Source: a virus
DNA: 64,000 bases
Virus record (IMG/VR): IMGVR_UViG_3300017971_000201
Coordinates: 64,001-128,000 of that record
Strand: one strand, 5' to 3'
Shown here: one piece after another, positions 56,034 through 64,000 of the stretch
Numbering within the stretch: position 1 is the first letter of the stretch
Layout of the letters: each line of letters opens with the position of its first letter
Position numbers and translations under genes: made by a program
Notes under the pieces: generated by a model
The model's database searches: none
Seen by the model: only the letters and a program-made list of their open reading frames with translations
What the model was told of the DNA's origin: nothing

Positions 56034-56494
56034 TCTCCTGGTGGTGTCAGAGCGCCCAGCGCGTCGATCGCATCCAGGTGCTCGGTGAGTCCGAGCTGGA
56101 GAACGCGTTCCAGCTCGTCGGCGAACTCGCCACGATACCGCATGGAAAAGAATCGGAACGCGTCGAGCGTCGCCGTCATACAGATACTCAGCTGGGCCAC
56201 CGATCGCCGTTGGATCTCCTCGGTACTAAGGTCCAAGGAGGCGAACCTGGGCCGAGTCGGGTGGTAGCCACCGCGCACTCGTACAGTCTTCGGCTCCGCA
56301 GCCGTCCGCATCGAGTGTAGAGCGGTGCTCACCTGAGCTGCACTCCGCCGAACATCGTCGTATCCAGGCTCTCGGCCGCGCGCGTTCAGGTAGCCGCCGA
56401 CGCCATCGAAGACGGCTGCGAGCTTCTTCCAGCTCACGCCTCGCGCGATGCACTTGTCGAAGAGGCCCTGTAGGCCGACGATGCGGTCTTCCAC
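56030..56494 (-). CDS. Hypothetical protein with peptide tag
   Basis: GTG 6 nt after TAGAAC; ends DAIDALGALTPPGD. Confidence 0.65.
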   Translation of the reverse strand: MEDRIVGLQGLFDKCIARGVSWKKLAAVFDGVGGYLNARGREPGYDDVRRSAAQVSTALHSMRTAAEPKTVRVRGGYHPTRPRFASLDLSTEEIQRRSVAQLSICMTATLDAFRFFSMRYRGEFADELERVLQLGLTEHLDAIDALGALTPPGD

Positions 56495-56570
56495 AATGAG
56501 GTTCTACCCAGCGCAGCGGACACCGGAACCGAGCTGAGCATCTCGACACGGTTGCCGAGATCTAAACGAC

Positions 56571-59500
56571 TTACGATCGCGTCGTCTTCAGCTTCCGCCG
56601 CCTCGCGGGCGGCGTCAGCGCAGACCTCGGATCCTCCACGGGAGCGGTTCCCACGCCCGTGCGCGACGAGCCCTGGACCGGTGAGCTGTAGCGGCTCGGG
56701 AAGTCCACCGACTCCTGCTTCGCGACGTGGGCGTAGATGACCTCCTCGGCGTCATGCGGATCCAGCCCGAGCTTCTCGGCGTAGGCGTGGAACTTGTCAT
56801 CGTCGAGACCAGGGTTCGCCTTCACGAAGGCGACCAGCTTCGCCTTCTGCTTCGCCGTCGGATCGTCCTCCTCCTCGACGCCGGCCTCCTTCTCCATCCT
56901 CTTCAGTCTGGTGTAGTAGTCCGGGATCTCCGCGAGGTGGTCCATCGCGATCTCTTGGGCCTTGGCCCGCATCTCCGCCTTGGAGTAGCCGCCACCGACC
57001 AGGTGCTCCTTCTCGACCTCGATCCCCATCGCCAGCTCTTTGGCGTCGAAGTCGCTCGGCTTCTTTCCCTTGGCCTTGCCGCCAGGAATCTCCTCGGCCT
57101 CGCAGAGCGCGCAGCGAACACCGAGCGTCACCAGCTCGCGGCGCTCGAGCACGGACGACAGGCTGTCACCGAACAGATCCTCGTCCTCACGCAGGTCCAC
57201 CCGCTTGTCAGGCGCCATGAACGTGCGGAAGCGGTCCATGATGTCCTTCGTGAGCTTGTAGCGGCTCTGGATCTGGTGCCCCTTGCCGATGTAGGCCGCG
57301 AAGATCTCGGCGAAGTCCTCGTAGCGCTTCGACGCGCCGTAGACGCTGGGGAAGTCGCCGGTCTCCTTCCCCTTCTCGGTCGGCTGCTTCGCCAGACCGA
57401 AGTACCAGGCGTAGGTCTTCCGGCGCGCGCGCGGGATCTCTCGGTAGTAGTAGTGGTGGCCCAGCTCGTGGACCATCGTGGTCATGATCTTGGCCGGCTC
57501 CTTCTTCGCGCCGATCGAGTTGACGAAGATCTCGACAATCTTCGTCTTCATGTCGTAGTTGCCGAGCACCCCGGGATGGCCGGCCCGCAGGTGCATCGTC
57601 ACGTTCGGCAGCATGAAGCCGAAACCGCGCTTCTTGAGCAGGCCCACAGCATCCTTGCAGGCCACCGCGTATCGGTCCCAGGTCTCCTGGTCGACCCCGA
57701 GATCGTTGAACAGCATGATGCCATTCACCTTCGCCTGCTTGGGACCTGGCTCGCCGGTCGCCCACGGCAGTTTCGCTGGCTTCTTCGCGGCCTTCGCGAT
57801 CTGCACGAGCGGAGATGGCGGCTTCTTCCCCTTCTTCTTCTCCGACTTCATCGAGGCCAGCGCGCCCTTGAGCGTCGCGCCGTCGCCCCGGTAACGGTAG
57901 TGCGGCTTCGGCTGGCCCTGGAGCTTGACCGTGAACGAACCATCCGAGCGCGGACGGACCTTGAACTTGCCACCACCCTTGAACGAGAAGTCGAAGCCCT
58001 TGGGTGATGCCGAGTACTTGTCGACCTTGAGCGACTTGCCGGCCAGCTTGCTCGAGACCGACTCCACATCCTTGACCAGCGCCTTGGCATCCTTGGGACC
58101 GGCCTTGCTCTTGGTAGCCGTCGCCTCGGTCAGCCCATCGGACACGGTTGCACCGAGCGGAACCTGGTACTTCTCGTGGCCCCACAACTCCAGGTCAGTC
58201 ACCTTCCAGCTCCCTTCGGGCCGGTAGCCGGTGTAAGCCGGCTCGCCCGGGTTGATGTAGGCCAGCGTCGCGTGTGCCTTGAACTGCTCGGCATAGCCCT
58301 TCTTCGGGTCCTCGTCCGGCCCGTAAGTGTGCGCGATCGGAATACCCGCCTGCTCGGCCGCCTTACGAAGAGCCTCGTGCAGGCTGTTGAGACTCGACTG
58401 CTCCGGCCAGGCGGAGCCGATCATGTGTGGGATCGTCTGGCCGTCGTTGTTCGTGAACTCTCCGTAACCGCCCATCCGCATCAGGAACGGCTCATGGGAG
58501 CGCGCGACCCTGCCGACCGCGTCGACCAGTTTCCCGTAGTCAGCTGGGGAGAGGTCGCCGGCGTAGAGCACCGTGAAGTGAGGAACCGAGTCGTCCTCCT
58601 CGCTCTTGTCCGGGAAGTAGCGGGCCAAGTTCGACGGAACCGGAAGGAAGACGCCGCAGGACATCGTCCCGTCCCTGTTGACCTCACGCTCCTCGGTCCG
58701 CACGCCGTCTGGGTGCCCGTGAATCCGCCTACGGACCTCCTGCCACATCTCGTCGTCGACCGGCCGCTCGTGCGCGGCGACGATCTCGTCAGCGAGCCTC
58801 TGGTCCTCGGCGCTGAGATCTTCTGTCAGAGACCCGACAACCCGCTCGAACAGCGTTGCCCCGTCCGGGTCGATCGACTCGCCCCAGTCGGCCATCGTGG
58901 ACGTGTCGGGGATCATGGCCATCAGCTTGGCGATGTCGGCCTTCGTGACGCCCTTCTTCTTGGCCGCCTTCTTCTTGGCCGCCTTCTTCTTGGTGGTCTT
59001 CTTCTTGGTGGTCTTCTTCTTGGTGGTCTTCTTCTTGGTGGTCTTCTTCGCCTTCGGCTTCTCCGGCTCGGGGGCCGGCGGCGGCACAGGCTTGGGTTCT
59101 GGGGGAGGCTTGGGCAGCGGGGCCGGCGGACCTTCCTCTTCGCCCTCCTTCGGCGGCGGCAGGACCCACGTCAACGCCTTCTTCGCGCGCGTGATCGCCA
59201 CGTACTTCAGGTTCTCTTCCTGCTGGATCTGAACCGGGTCCTCCGACTTCAGCGCCATCGGCAGCGGCAGCAGGTCGGGCCGCTGGATGAAGACGTTGTC
59301 CGCCTCGAGCCCCTTCGCCTTGTGCACCGAGGAGAAGTTGATGGCCGGTGTCGGGTCCGACACGAACAACTGCTGGACCACCTTGACCAGATCGCCGGCG
59401 ACCTTCACATCGCCCTTCGACATAAGCGCCTGGAGGCAGTCGCGCTTGTCGTCGAGACCCTGGAGCAGGTGCTCCTTCTTCTCGGCCGTGAGCCGCTTCG

Positions 59501-61583
59501 TCTCCTTCATGTGCCAGTCCTGCACCTTCGCAGCGAACTGGTCAATTGGCATGGTCTTGTGGCCCTTCTTGCCGCCGATCCTCTCGACCAGCCGGCTCAG
59601 GGACTTGCCGATGTCGCGGCCGACGACGTTCGCCTTCTTGCCCTGGGCGATCAGGCCCAGCGCAGCGGCCACGTTCGGAGCGTTGGTGCGGCAGAGCACG
59701 AAGTCGCCCGGCTTGAGCGTCTCGTAGAACTCTCCGTGCTTGATGGTCTTGACCGAGCCCTCGGGAGCGCCCGGAGCTGCCTCGATCGTGGGAACAATGG
59801 CCTGGGCCTCGGTGATGACCTTCTGCGGGCAGCGGTAGCAGATAGAGAGTGGCTTCTCCTCGGCGCCCAGCTCTTTCTGCATCTTCTCCATCGAGTCTGG
59901 GTCCGACCCCTTGAAGGCGTAGATCGACTGGTTGGGGTCTCCCACCAGCATGTGGCGCGGGGCGAGCCGCTTGGCGAACTCGCGCTCGAGCGGGCAGAGA
60001 TCCTGGACCTCGTCGACCATCGCCCAGTCGAGGCTCGCCTTCTTCCCGGTCGCGCGGCTGATGATCGGCAGGTCGTGCATCACCGGCCAGAGCACCTGGT
60101 CGGCGTACTCCATCGTCGTCTTGTCATCGACGCTCTGCTGGAACGCGGCGTCCAGCACCTCGGTGACCTGCTGCGGCGTGATGTACTCGTCTGTTGGAAC
60201 CGAGGAAGTCGGCAGGTCGATCTCGAACTTGTCCAAGACCTCCTTCCAGGGCGGGAACTTCATCTCGCCCTTCTCGTCCAGCTGGCCCATCATCTTCCGC
60301 TTGGTGATGACCTCGCCCATGTCGTAGCCGTAGTTCGACTCGTACTTGTCGGCCACCTTCTCGTTGGGAGCGAGCTTCTTCACCAGCTCGTCGCAGATGA
60401 GCCGGTTCTTGTTCTTCACCAGCTCGGGCGGCTTGCCGCCCTTCTTGAACGCCTTGACCACCGACGCGCGCCCGTAGGCGTTGATCGTCGCGGCCTCGAC
60501 GTTCTTCAGATCCTTGACGCGCTCGGCCAGCGCGTTGGCGATGTCGGTGTTGAACGCGAGGAACACGGCCTTCTGCCCTGGAGGCACGAACTCGAGCGCC
60601 TGCTCCATCGTCGTGGACTTCCCGGCGCCAGCCTTCGCGTCCACGACCAGCGCGGCCTTGTCCTTCTTCGACGCCTCGGCGACCCAGTCGAAGATCGCCT
60701 GCTGGTAGTGGCTGGGCTTGAACTTCTTCTTCTTCTTCGGAGGAGGAGGCGGAGCGCCACCGGCCTTTGCTGCCTTCTCGAGTTCCTCCAGGCCCGTCTT
60801 GTACCACTTCGCCTGGCCCTTGCTGGCTAGCCATCCCTTGGCCTTCTTCGGGATGTTGTCGTCCATGAACTTGCGGAGCCAGTCGCCGAGCGTGTGACCG
60901 TGGTCCTTGAACAGCTTCTCGTCTTGCGAGACTGGTCCTCCCGGCCACTGCTCGCTGAACTTGTCCTTCCACGATCCCTCGGCGAGCCGGCCGTCAGTGC
61001 GCTCGTCATCGAGTACCTCAGCCTGCTCGGCCACTTCCGCAGCGCCTTTGGCCGTGCCCCCTGGACCGTGCGCGTCCAGTCCGGCGCGCTCGTTGTAGCG
61101 GCTGGCGTAGCCGTACACCCACTTGAGATAGTCCTCGTCGGCCTCGCGGTTCAGCAGCGCGAGAGCCTTGTAAGCCGAGAGCTTCTCCTCTTCCCGGCGG
61201 CGCTTCGCCTCATCCAGGAAACTCAGCGTCTCGTCGAGGTCGCGCGCGGGCTGATCGGACTCGGTCTTCACCATGCTGCTTGCCTTTTCGATCAGGCCCA
61301 TGATCGGAACTGAGTAGGAGGGGTCGGCCATGTAGCGCGTCCGGTGCTTGCGGATCTCGGCCGCGAGCTTCGGGAAGTCCTTGCAGCACTCGTCGGCCGC
61401 TTCGCCCATATGGCCAATCGCCAGCCACCTGTGCTCCGGGTAACCCTGGACCGCCTCGCCCATTAGCACCTCGGCCTGACTGAGATGTTTGCGAACGCAG
61501 TTCAGGCAAGAGTCCCTAAGCTCGGTCAGGTTCATGGCGCCCCCGGGATCCCCTATGATCCCGTCCGAGGAGGCCGGAGGCAA
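56571..61583 (-). CDS. 1670-aa polyvalent protein: UvrD/Rep SF1 helicase, 2H phosphoesterase, zincin-like peptidase, DUF5661-like domain (start 61583 or 61535)
   Basis: AGAGKST, VDEVQD, VGDPNQSIYAF, SVHKAKGLE, YVAITRAK; PHFTV and AHATL; HELGH..EDFAE; ELAMGIEVEKEH..IAMDHL.E.PDYYTRL. Confidence 0.9.
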   Translation of the reverse strand: MPPASSDGIIGDPGGAMNLTELRDSCLNCVRKHLSQAEVLMGEAVQGYPEHRWLAIGHMGEAADECCKDFPKLAAEIRKHRTRYMADPSYSVPIMGLIEKASSMVKTESDQPARDLDETLSFLDEAKRRREEEKLSAYKALALLNREADEDYLKWVYGYASRYNERAGLDAHGPGGTAKGAAEVAEQAEVLDDERTDGRLAEGSWKDKFSEQWPGGPVSQDEKLFKDHGHTLGDWLRKFMDDNIPKKAKGWLASKGQAKWYKTGLEELEKAAKAGGAPPPPPKKKKKFKPSHYQQAIFDWVAEASKKDKAALVVDAKAGAGKSTTMEQALEFVPPGQKAVFLAFNTDIANALAERVKDLKNVEAATINAYGRASVVKAFKKGGKPPELVKNKNRLICDELVKKLAPNEKVADKYESNYGYDMGEVITKRKMMGQLDEKGEMKFPPWKEVLDKFEIDLPTSSVPTDEYITPQQVTEVLDAAFQQSVDDKTTMEYADQVLWPVMHDLPIISRATGKKASLDWAMVDEVQDLCPLEREFAKRLAPRHMLVGDPNQSIYAFKGSDPDSMEKMQKELGAEEKPLSICYRCPQKVITEAQAIVPTIEAAPGAPEGSVKTIKHGEFYETLKPGDFVLCRTNAPNVAAALGLIAQGKKANVVGRDIGKSLSRLVERIGGKKGHKTMPIDQFAAKVQDWHMKETKRLTAEKKEHLLQGLDDKRDCLQALMSKGDVKVAGDLVKVVQQLFVSDPTPAINFSSVHKAKGLEADNVFIQRPDLLPLPMALKSEDPVQIQQEENLKYVAITRAKKALTWVLPPPKEGEEEGPPAPLPKPPPEPKPVPPPAPEPEKPKAKKTTKKKTTKKKTTKKKTTKKKAAKKKAAKKKGVTKADIAKLMAMIPDTSTMADWGESIDPDGATLFERVVGSLTEDLSAEDQRLADEIVAAHERPVDDEMWQEVRRRIHGHPDGVRTEEREVNRDGTMSCGVFLPVPSNLARYFPDKSEEDDSVPHFTVLYAGDLSPADYGKLVDAVGRVARSHEPFLMRMGGYGEFTNNDGQTIPHMIGSAWPEQSSLNSLHEALRKAAEQAGIPIAHTYGPDEDPKKGYAEQFKAHATLAYINPGEPAYTGYRPEGSWKVTDLELWGHEKYQVPLGATVSDGLTEATATKSKAGPKDAKALVKDVESVSSKLAGKSLKVDKYSASPKGFDFSFKGGGKFKVRPRSDGSFTVKLQGQPKPHYRYRGDGATLKGALASMKSEKKKGKKPPSPLVQIAKAAKKPAKLPWATGEPGPKQAKVNGIMLFNDLGVDQETWDRYAVACKDAVGLLKKRGFGFMLPNVTMHLRAGHPGVLGNYDMKTKIVEIFVNSIGAKKEPAKIMTTMVHELGHHYYYREIPRARRKTYAWYFGLAKQPTEKGKETGDFPSVYGASKRYEDFAEIFAAYIGKGHQIQSRYKLTKDIMDRFRTFMAPDKRVDLREDEDLFGDSLSSVLERRELVTLGVRCALCEAEEIPGGKAKGKKPSDFDAKELAMGIEVEKEHLVGGGYSKAEMRAKAQEIAMDHLAEIPDYYTRLKRMEKEAGVEEEDDPTAKQKAKLVAFVKANPGLDDDKFHAYAEKLGLDPHDAEEVIYAHVAKQESVDFPSRYSSPVQGSSRTGVGTAPVEDPRSALTPPARRRKLKTTRS
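58984..59049 (-). repeat. 15-bp tandem repeat encoding KKTTK (histone H1-like linker)
   Basis: ttcttcttggtggtc x4, followed in the protein by KKKAA repeats. Confidence 0.85.
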
Positions 61584-61592
61584 GGAGAGGTT

Positions 61593-61925
61593 CTACTCCC
61601 GGAGATCGATCAGGAGCGGCATCAGCTCCACGACGCTCATCTGCTGAAGCTCGAGAAGCCGGTCCGCGATCTCGTCGCGCGCTAGCCGCGCGGCCCTGCC
61701 CATGTGTTGCGCCTTGAGCGTCGTCGGTGTGCAGGCGTCGATCAGAAAGATGAGATGCTCCGCGTTCCTCTGGTCCTTGGGGGCAGTCCGCCAGGCGACC
61801 CACCGATCCCTGTGCCGCCTGATCACTCGCCGCACTCGTCGTGCGAACGGCCGCATCTTGAACTTGGGGTGACTACTTGACCGACCGGCCGGCCACCGGC
61901 CGGACCGGGTGCCGCTCAGGCTCAC
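61593..61925 (-). CDS. Hypothetical protein with tag-like C-terminus
   Basis: GTGA coupling at 61925; ends SVVELMPLLIDLRE. Confidence 0.55.
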   Translation of the reverse strand: MSLSGTRSGRWPAGRSSSHPKFKMRPFARRVRRVIRRHRDRWVAWRTAPKDQRNAEHLIFLIDACTPTTLKAQHMGRAARLARDEIADRLLELQQMSVVELMPLLIDLRE

Positions 61926-62302
61926 GAAGCTACCCTCAGCTGGACGATGTTGCCGAGCCGCTCGACGGCCGAGACCTCGGCGTAGTCCTCGATCGCCGCG
62001 ATCCGCTTGAGGATCGCCCGGCGAACCTGCATCTGGGTGCACTCCTCCATCAGCGCGAAGAGCAACTCGCGGAGAACGAGGAGCGCCTGCTTGTTCCAGA
62101 GAGGCATGTTGATCATGACGCCGCCGCGAACGGTCTCGCGATCGAGGGTCTCGGCGACCTTCCTGTAGTGCGTGTAAGCTGCCGCTCGCTCGCGCTCGCT
62201 GGTCTGGTACACGAGCAGCGCATCAGTCTTCCGCCGGAGCACAATCCGAAGATCGCTACAGATGCGGCGGGTGAGGCGAATGCTCTTGCCGGACTTGCTC
62301 AT
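61922..62302 (-). CDS. Hypothetical protein with peptide tag
   Basis: ATG 6 nt after TATGAT; ends SAVERLGNIVQLRVAS. Confidence 0.65.
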   Translation of the reverse strand: MSKSGKSIRLTRRICSDLRIVLRRKTDALLVYQTSERERAAAYTHYRKVAETLDRETVRGGVMINMPLWNKQALLVLRELLFALMEECTQMQVRRAILKRIAAIEDYAEVSAVERLGNIVQLRVAS

Positions 62303-62309
62303 GCCGGCA

Positions 62310-62852
62310 TCATACCGGCGGCAGCGGCGGAGCAACGGCCGGCGGACCCCCGAAGATCCGACCGAGCAGATTGTCGTCGTCGTCGTCGTCGTCATCGGCG
62401 TCGTCTTCGTCGTGCTCGACGTCGATCAGCTCCCCGATCCAGCGACAGGTCCACTCCCGGCCCTCGGGAACTCCCAGCTCGCGCTTGCGCGCGGTGATCC
62501 GGCGCTGACGGGCCTCGATCTCGTCCTTGTCGGCGAGGTTCGACAAGAGCGTGATCGGATCCACGCGATCGAGAGGCGCCCAGTCATCGTCCTCGCGCCT
62601 CCGCGCGTGGGCAAGCGAGATCGGCTGCCCCTGAGACGTGTAGACCCTGGTCTCGTAGATCGGATCCCCGGTACGCTCATCGAACTTGACCAGGTTCTTC
62701 GTGGCAACGAAAGGCAGCTCCCAGACCCGGACCTTTCGAGCTTCCTCTGACAGCCGCCTTCGCCAGCCGAAGGAGTCCATCACCAGCTTGACGAGGCTCT
62801 GCCGAACCGCGACGCGGATGCCGCTAGACCTGATCGCCGAATCCAAGTTCAT
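62310..62852 (-). CDS. Hypothetical protein with peptide tag and Asp tract
   Basis: Contains DPITLLSNLAD; SD GGGAGGAG. Confidence 0.65.
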   Translation of the reverse strand: MNLDSAIRSSGIRVAVRQSLVKLVMDSFGWRRRLSEEARKVRVWELPFVATKNLVKFDERTGDPIYETRVYTSQGQPISLAHARRREDDDWAPLDRVDPITLLSNLADKDEIEARQRRITARKRELGVPEGREWTCRWIGELIDVEHDEDDADDDDDDDDNLLGRIFGGPPAVAPPLPPV

Positions 62853-63057
62853 GGATCTCCTCCCACCTCGCGATGTCTGCTAGTCGATCCACAGCCGAGC
62901 GACCTACCCCTAATGCGTCTGCCATGTCGTCACCGGTCCGACGCATCGTGATCCCGAATCGGAGCATGGCTGCGTAAGCATGGGCAGCGGATACACCGAA
63001 CTTGGCAACGGCGTCTGCAATGGCGCTCACGTCCAGATCTATGCGACCGCCAGCCAC
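62824..63057 (-). CDS. Small protein with peptide tag
   Basis: Contains SAVDRLADIA; SD AGGAGGAG. Confidence 0.6.
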   Translation of the reverse strand: MAGGRIDLDVSAIADAVAKFGVSAAHAYAAMLRFGITMRRTGDDMADALGVGRSAVDRLADIARWEEIHELGFGDQV

Positions 63058-63317
63058 GCTCGCTCCTCCTTCTCCCGGACCAGGTCACCGAGCATCGTGA
63101 CGATGTCCTTCGGCCGCCACGGAATCCAGTCGTTCTGGAGGCCGGCGTAACGGTAGTCCACCAGCCGTGCGGCCTGTGGACACACAGCGCGCGCGGGCTC
63201 CTTGAGGGCCGGCGTCTTCTGGACGTCCGGGTCCCAGGTCCAGTAGACAGCGACGTCACCGCTGCACCGAACAGCGATCCCGACCTCGCTGAGCTTGCAC
63301 GCCTGCTGGTAGGTCAC
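63039..63317 (-). CDS. Small protein with peptide tag
   Basis: GTGA coupling; contains DIVTMLGDLV. Confidence 0.6.
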   Translation of the reverse strand: MTYQQACKLSEVGIAVRCSGDVAVYWTWDPDVQKTPALKEPARAVCPQAARLVDYRYAGLQNDWIPWRPKDIVTMLGDLVREKEERAWLAVA

Positions 63318-63532
63318 GGGGAGGGCTCCACCAGACCGCCGAGGGCCTCGACCGCACACTCGTGCTCGATCTGGTCGACTGTCACCCAGGTGCGCCAGCT
63401 GCCGCCGTCGATCCGCACCGAGAACGGGGTCAGCTCCTTCTCATCGATCTCGATGATCCTGGCGGACATACCCTGGTTGACCTGGGCATCAGTCGCCTTG
63501 ACCACGATCTTCTGGCCCACGCGGAAGTTCAC
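63314..63532 (-). CDS. Small KOW/SH3-like protein with peptide tag
   Basis: FRVGQKIVV..ARII.ID; ends CAVEALGGLVEPSP; GTG 6 nt after TAGAAC. Confidence 0.65.
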   Translation of the reverse strand: MNFRVGQKIVVKATDAQVNQGMSARIIEIDEKELTPFSVRIDGGSWRTWVTVDQIEHECAVEALGGLVEPSP

Positions 63533-63821
63533 ACCCCGGTTCTACCCCGGACGCCAGACGCCCCAGCTCGGAAATCGCATCACGCGCTTCCGGGAACGGC
63601 TCCCACTCGTCGCTGTTCTTGATCAACTCCGGCACCATGTCGGCCGCGTAGTGGTTGGCGTTGCAGATGGTAGGCCGGCCGAACGCGTCGAGGGTGACGT
63701 TCAACCGGCTGGAGAGGCAGAACTTGTCCTCTTCGTCCATGTCCTCGCGGTAGCCGGGCTCCTTCACCACGTAGGAGGCGACTCGCCTGATGCTCCAGTA
63801 GAGCGCATCGCGGAACCTCAC
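63489..63821 (-). CDS. Small protein with peptide tag
   Basis: Contains DAISELGRLA. Confidence 0.6.
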   Translation of the reverse strand: MRFRDALYWSIRRVASYVVKEPGYREDMDEEDKFCLSSRLNVTLDAFGRPTICNANHYAADMVPELIKNSDEWEPFPEARDAISELGRLASGVEPGCELPRGPEDRGQGD

Positions 63822-63892
63822 AGGTTCCGTTCTAGCTCATCGGCCTCATCAGGGGCCAGGTCGCCGAGGTCGCCCTCGTCGAAGGCCGTCAC
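63818..63892 (-). CDS. 24-aa acidic micro-ORF
   Basis: GTGA overlaps at both ends; MTAFDEGDLGDLAPDEADELERNL. Confidence 0.45.
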   Translation of the reverse strand: MTAFDEGDLGDLAPDEADELERNL

Positions 63893-64000
63893 GGATCGAT
63901 CGCCCCAAGGCGCTCGATACTGCTCATCGCCTCGAGCCTCTCGATCCGGCTCTCGATCGCGCCGCTGATCCCTGGCGCCTGGTGCGGGTTCGCAGCAGCG
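63889..64000 (-). CDS. 3' end of a gene starting beyond the right edge, with peptide tag
   Basis: Reads ..IESRIERLEAMSSIERLGAIDP-stop. Confidence 0.55.
   Translation of the reverse strand, partial: AAANPHQAPGISGAIESRIERLEAMSSIERLGAIDP

Noticed and set aside
46-60830. Long antisense or off-frame ORFs (for example 2100..4364+, 22631..25543-, 22993..25338+, 37360..39435+, 58176..60830+)
   Set aside because: Shadow ORFs of high-GC3 genes with R/P/G-rich translations and no motifs; the real frame carries recognisable domains
1-64000. tRNA/rRNA genes, cas1/cas2, terminase, integrase, diversity-generating retroelement
   Set aside because: None recognised by eye; intergenic space is minimal, though tRNAscan/Infernal would be needed to exclude small RNAs

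Overview
64 kb of a high-GC, large T4-like (contractile-tail) phage genome. Most of the minus strand is the virion morphogenesis module: portal, prohead core proteins, protease-scaffold fusion, major capsid, neck, sheath, two tube paralogues, tail chaperone with a -1 frameshift, tape measure, baseplate and paralogous fibre genes. Two plus-strand islands (about 30.05-35.05 kb and 48.3-51.5 kb) and a right-hand run of small accessory genes interrupt or flank it. Highlights: (1) a phage-encoded Cas12m-like (type V-M/V-U1) effector with an intact D-E-D RuvC triad and a 6-repeat mini-array, with no cas1/cas2 in the window; (2) three inteins, one of which holds an HNH gene on the opposite strand with its own putative promoter; (3) two free-standing, apparently splicing-dead Hint-domain genes directly upstream of the portal; (4) a short helical peptide tag ([SD]-x-[VI]-[DET]-x-L-[GA]-x-[LI]) shared by about 15 unrelated small proteins; (5) a 1670-aa polyvalent protein (UvrD, 2H phosphoesterase, zincin, DUF5661-like) punctuated by L-x-E sites typical of prohead-protease cleavage; (6) a recurring GGGTAGAAC/TAnnAT element 6 nt before start codons. 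All calls come from reading motifs by eye; no database searches were run.
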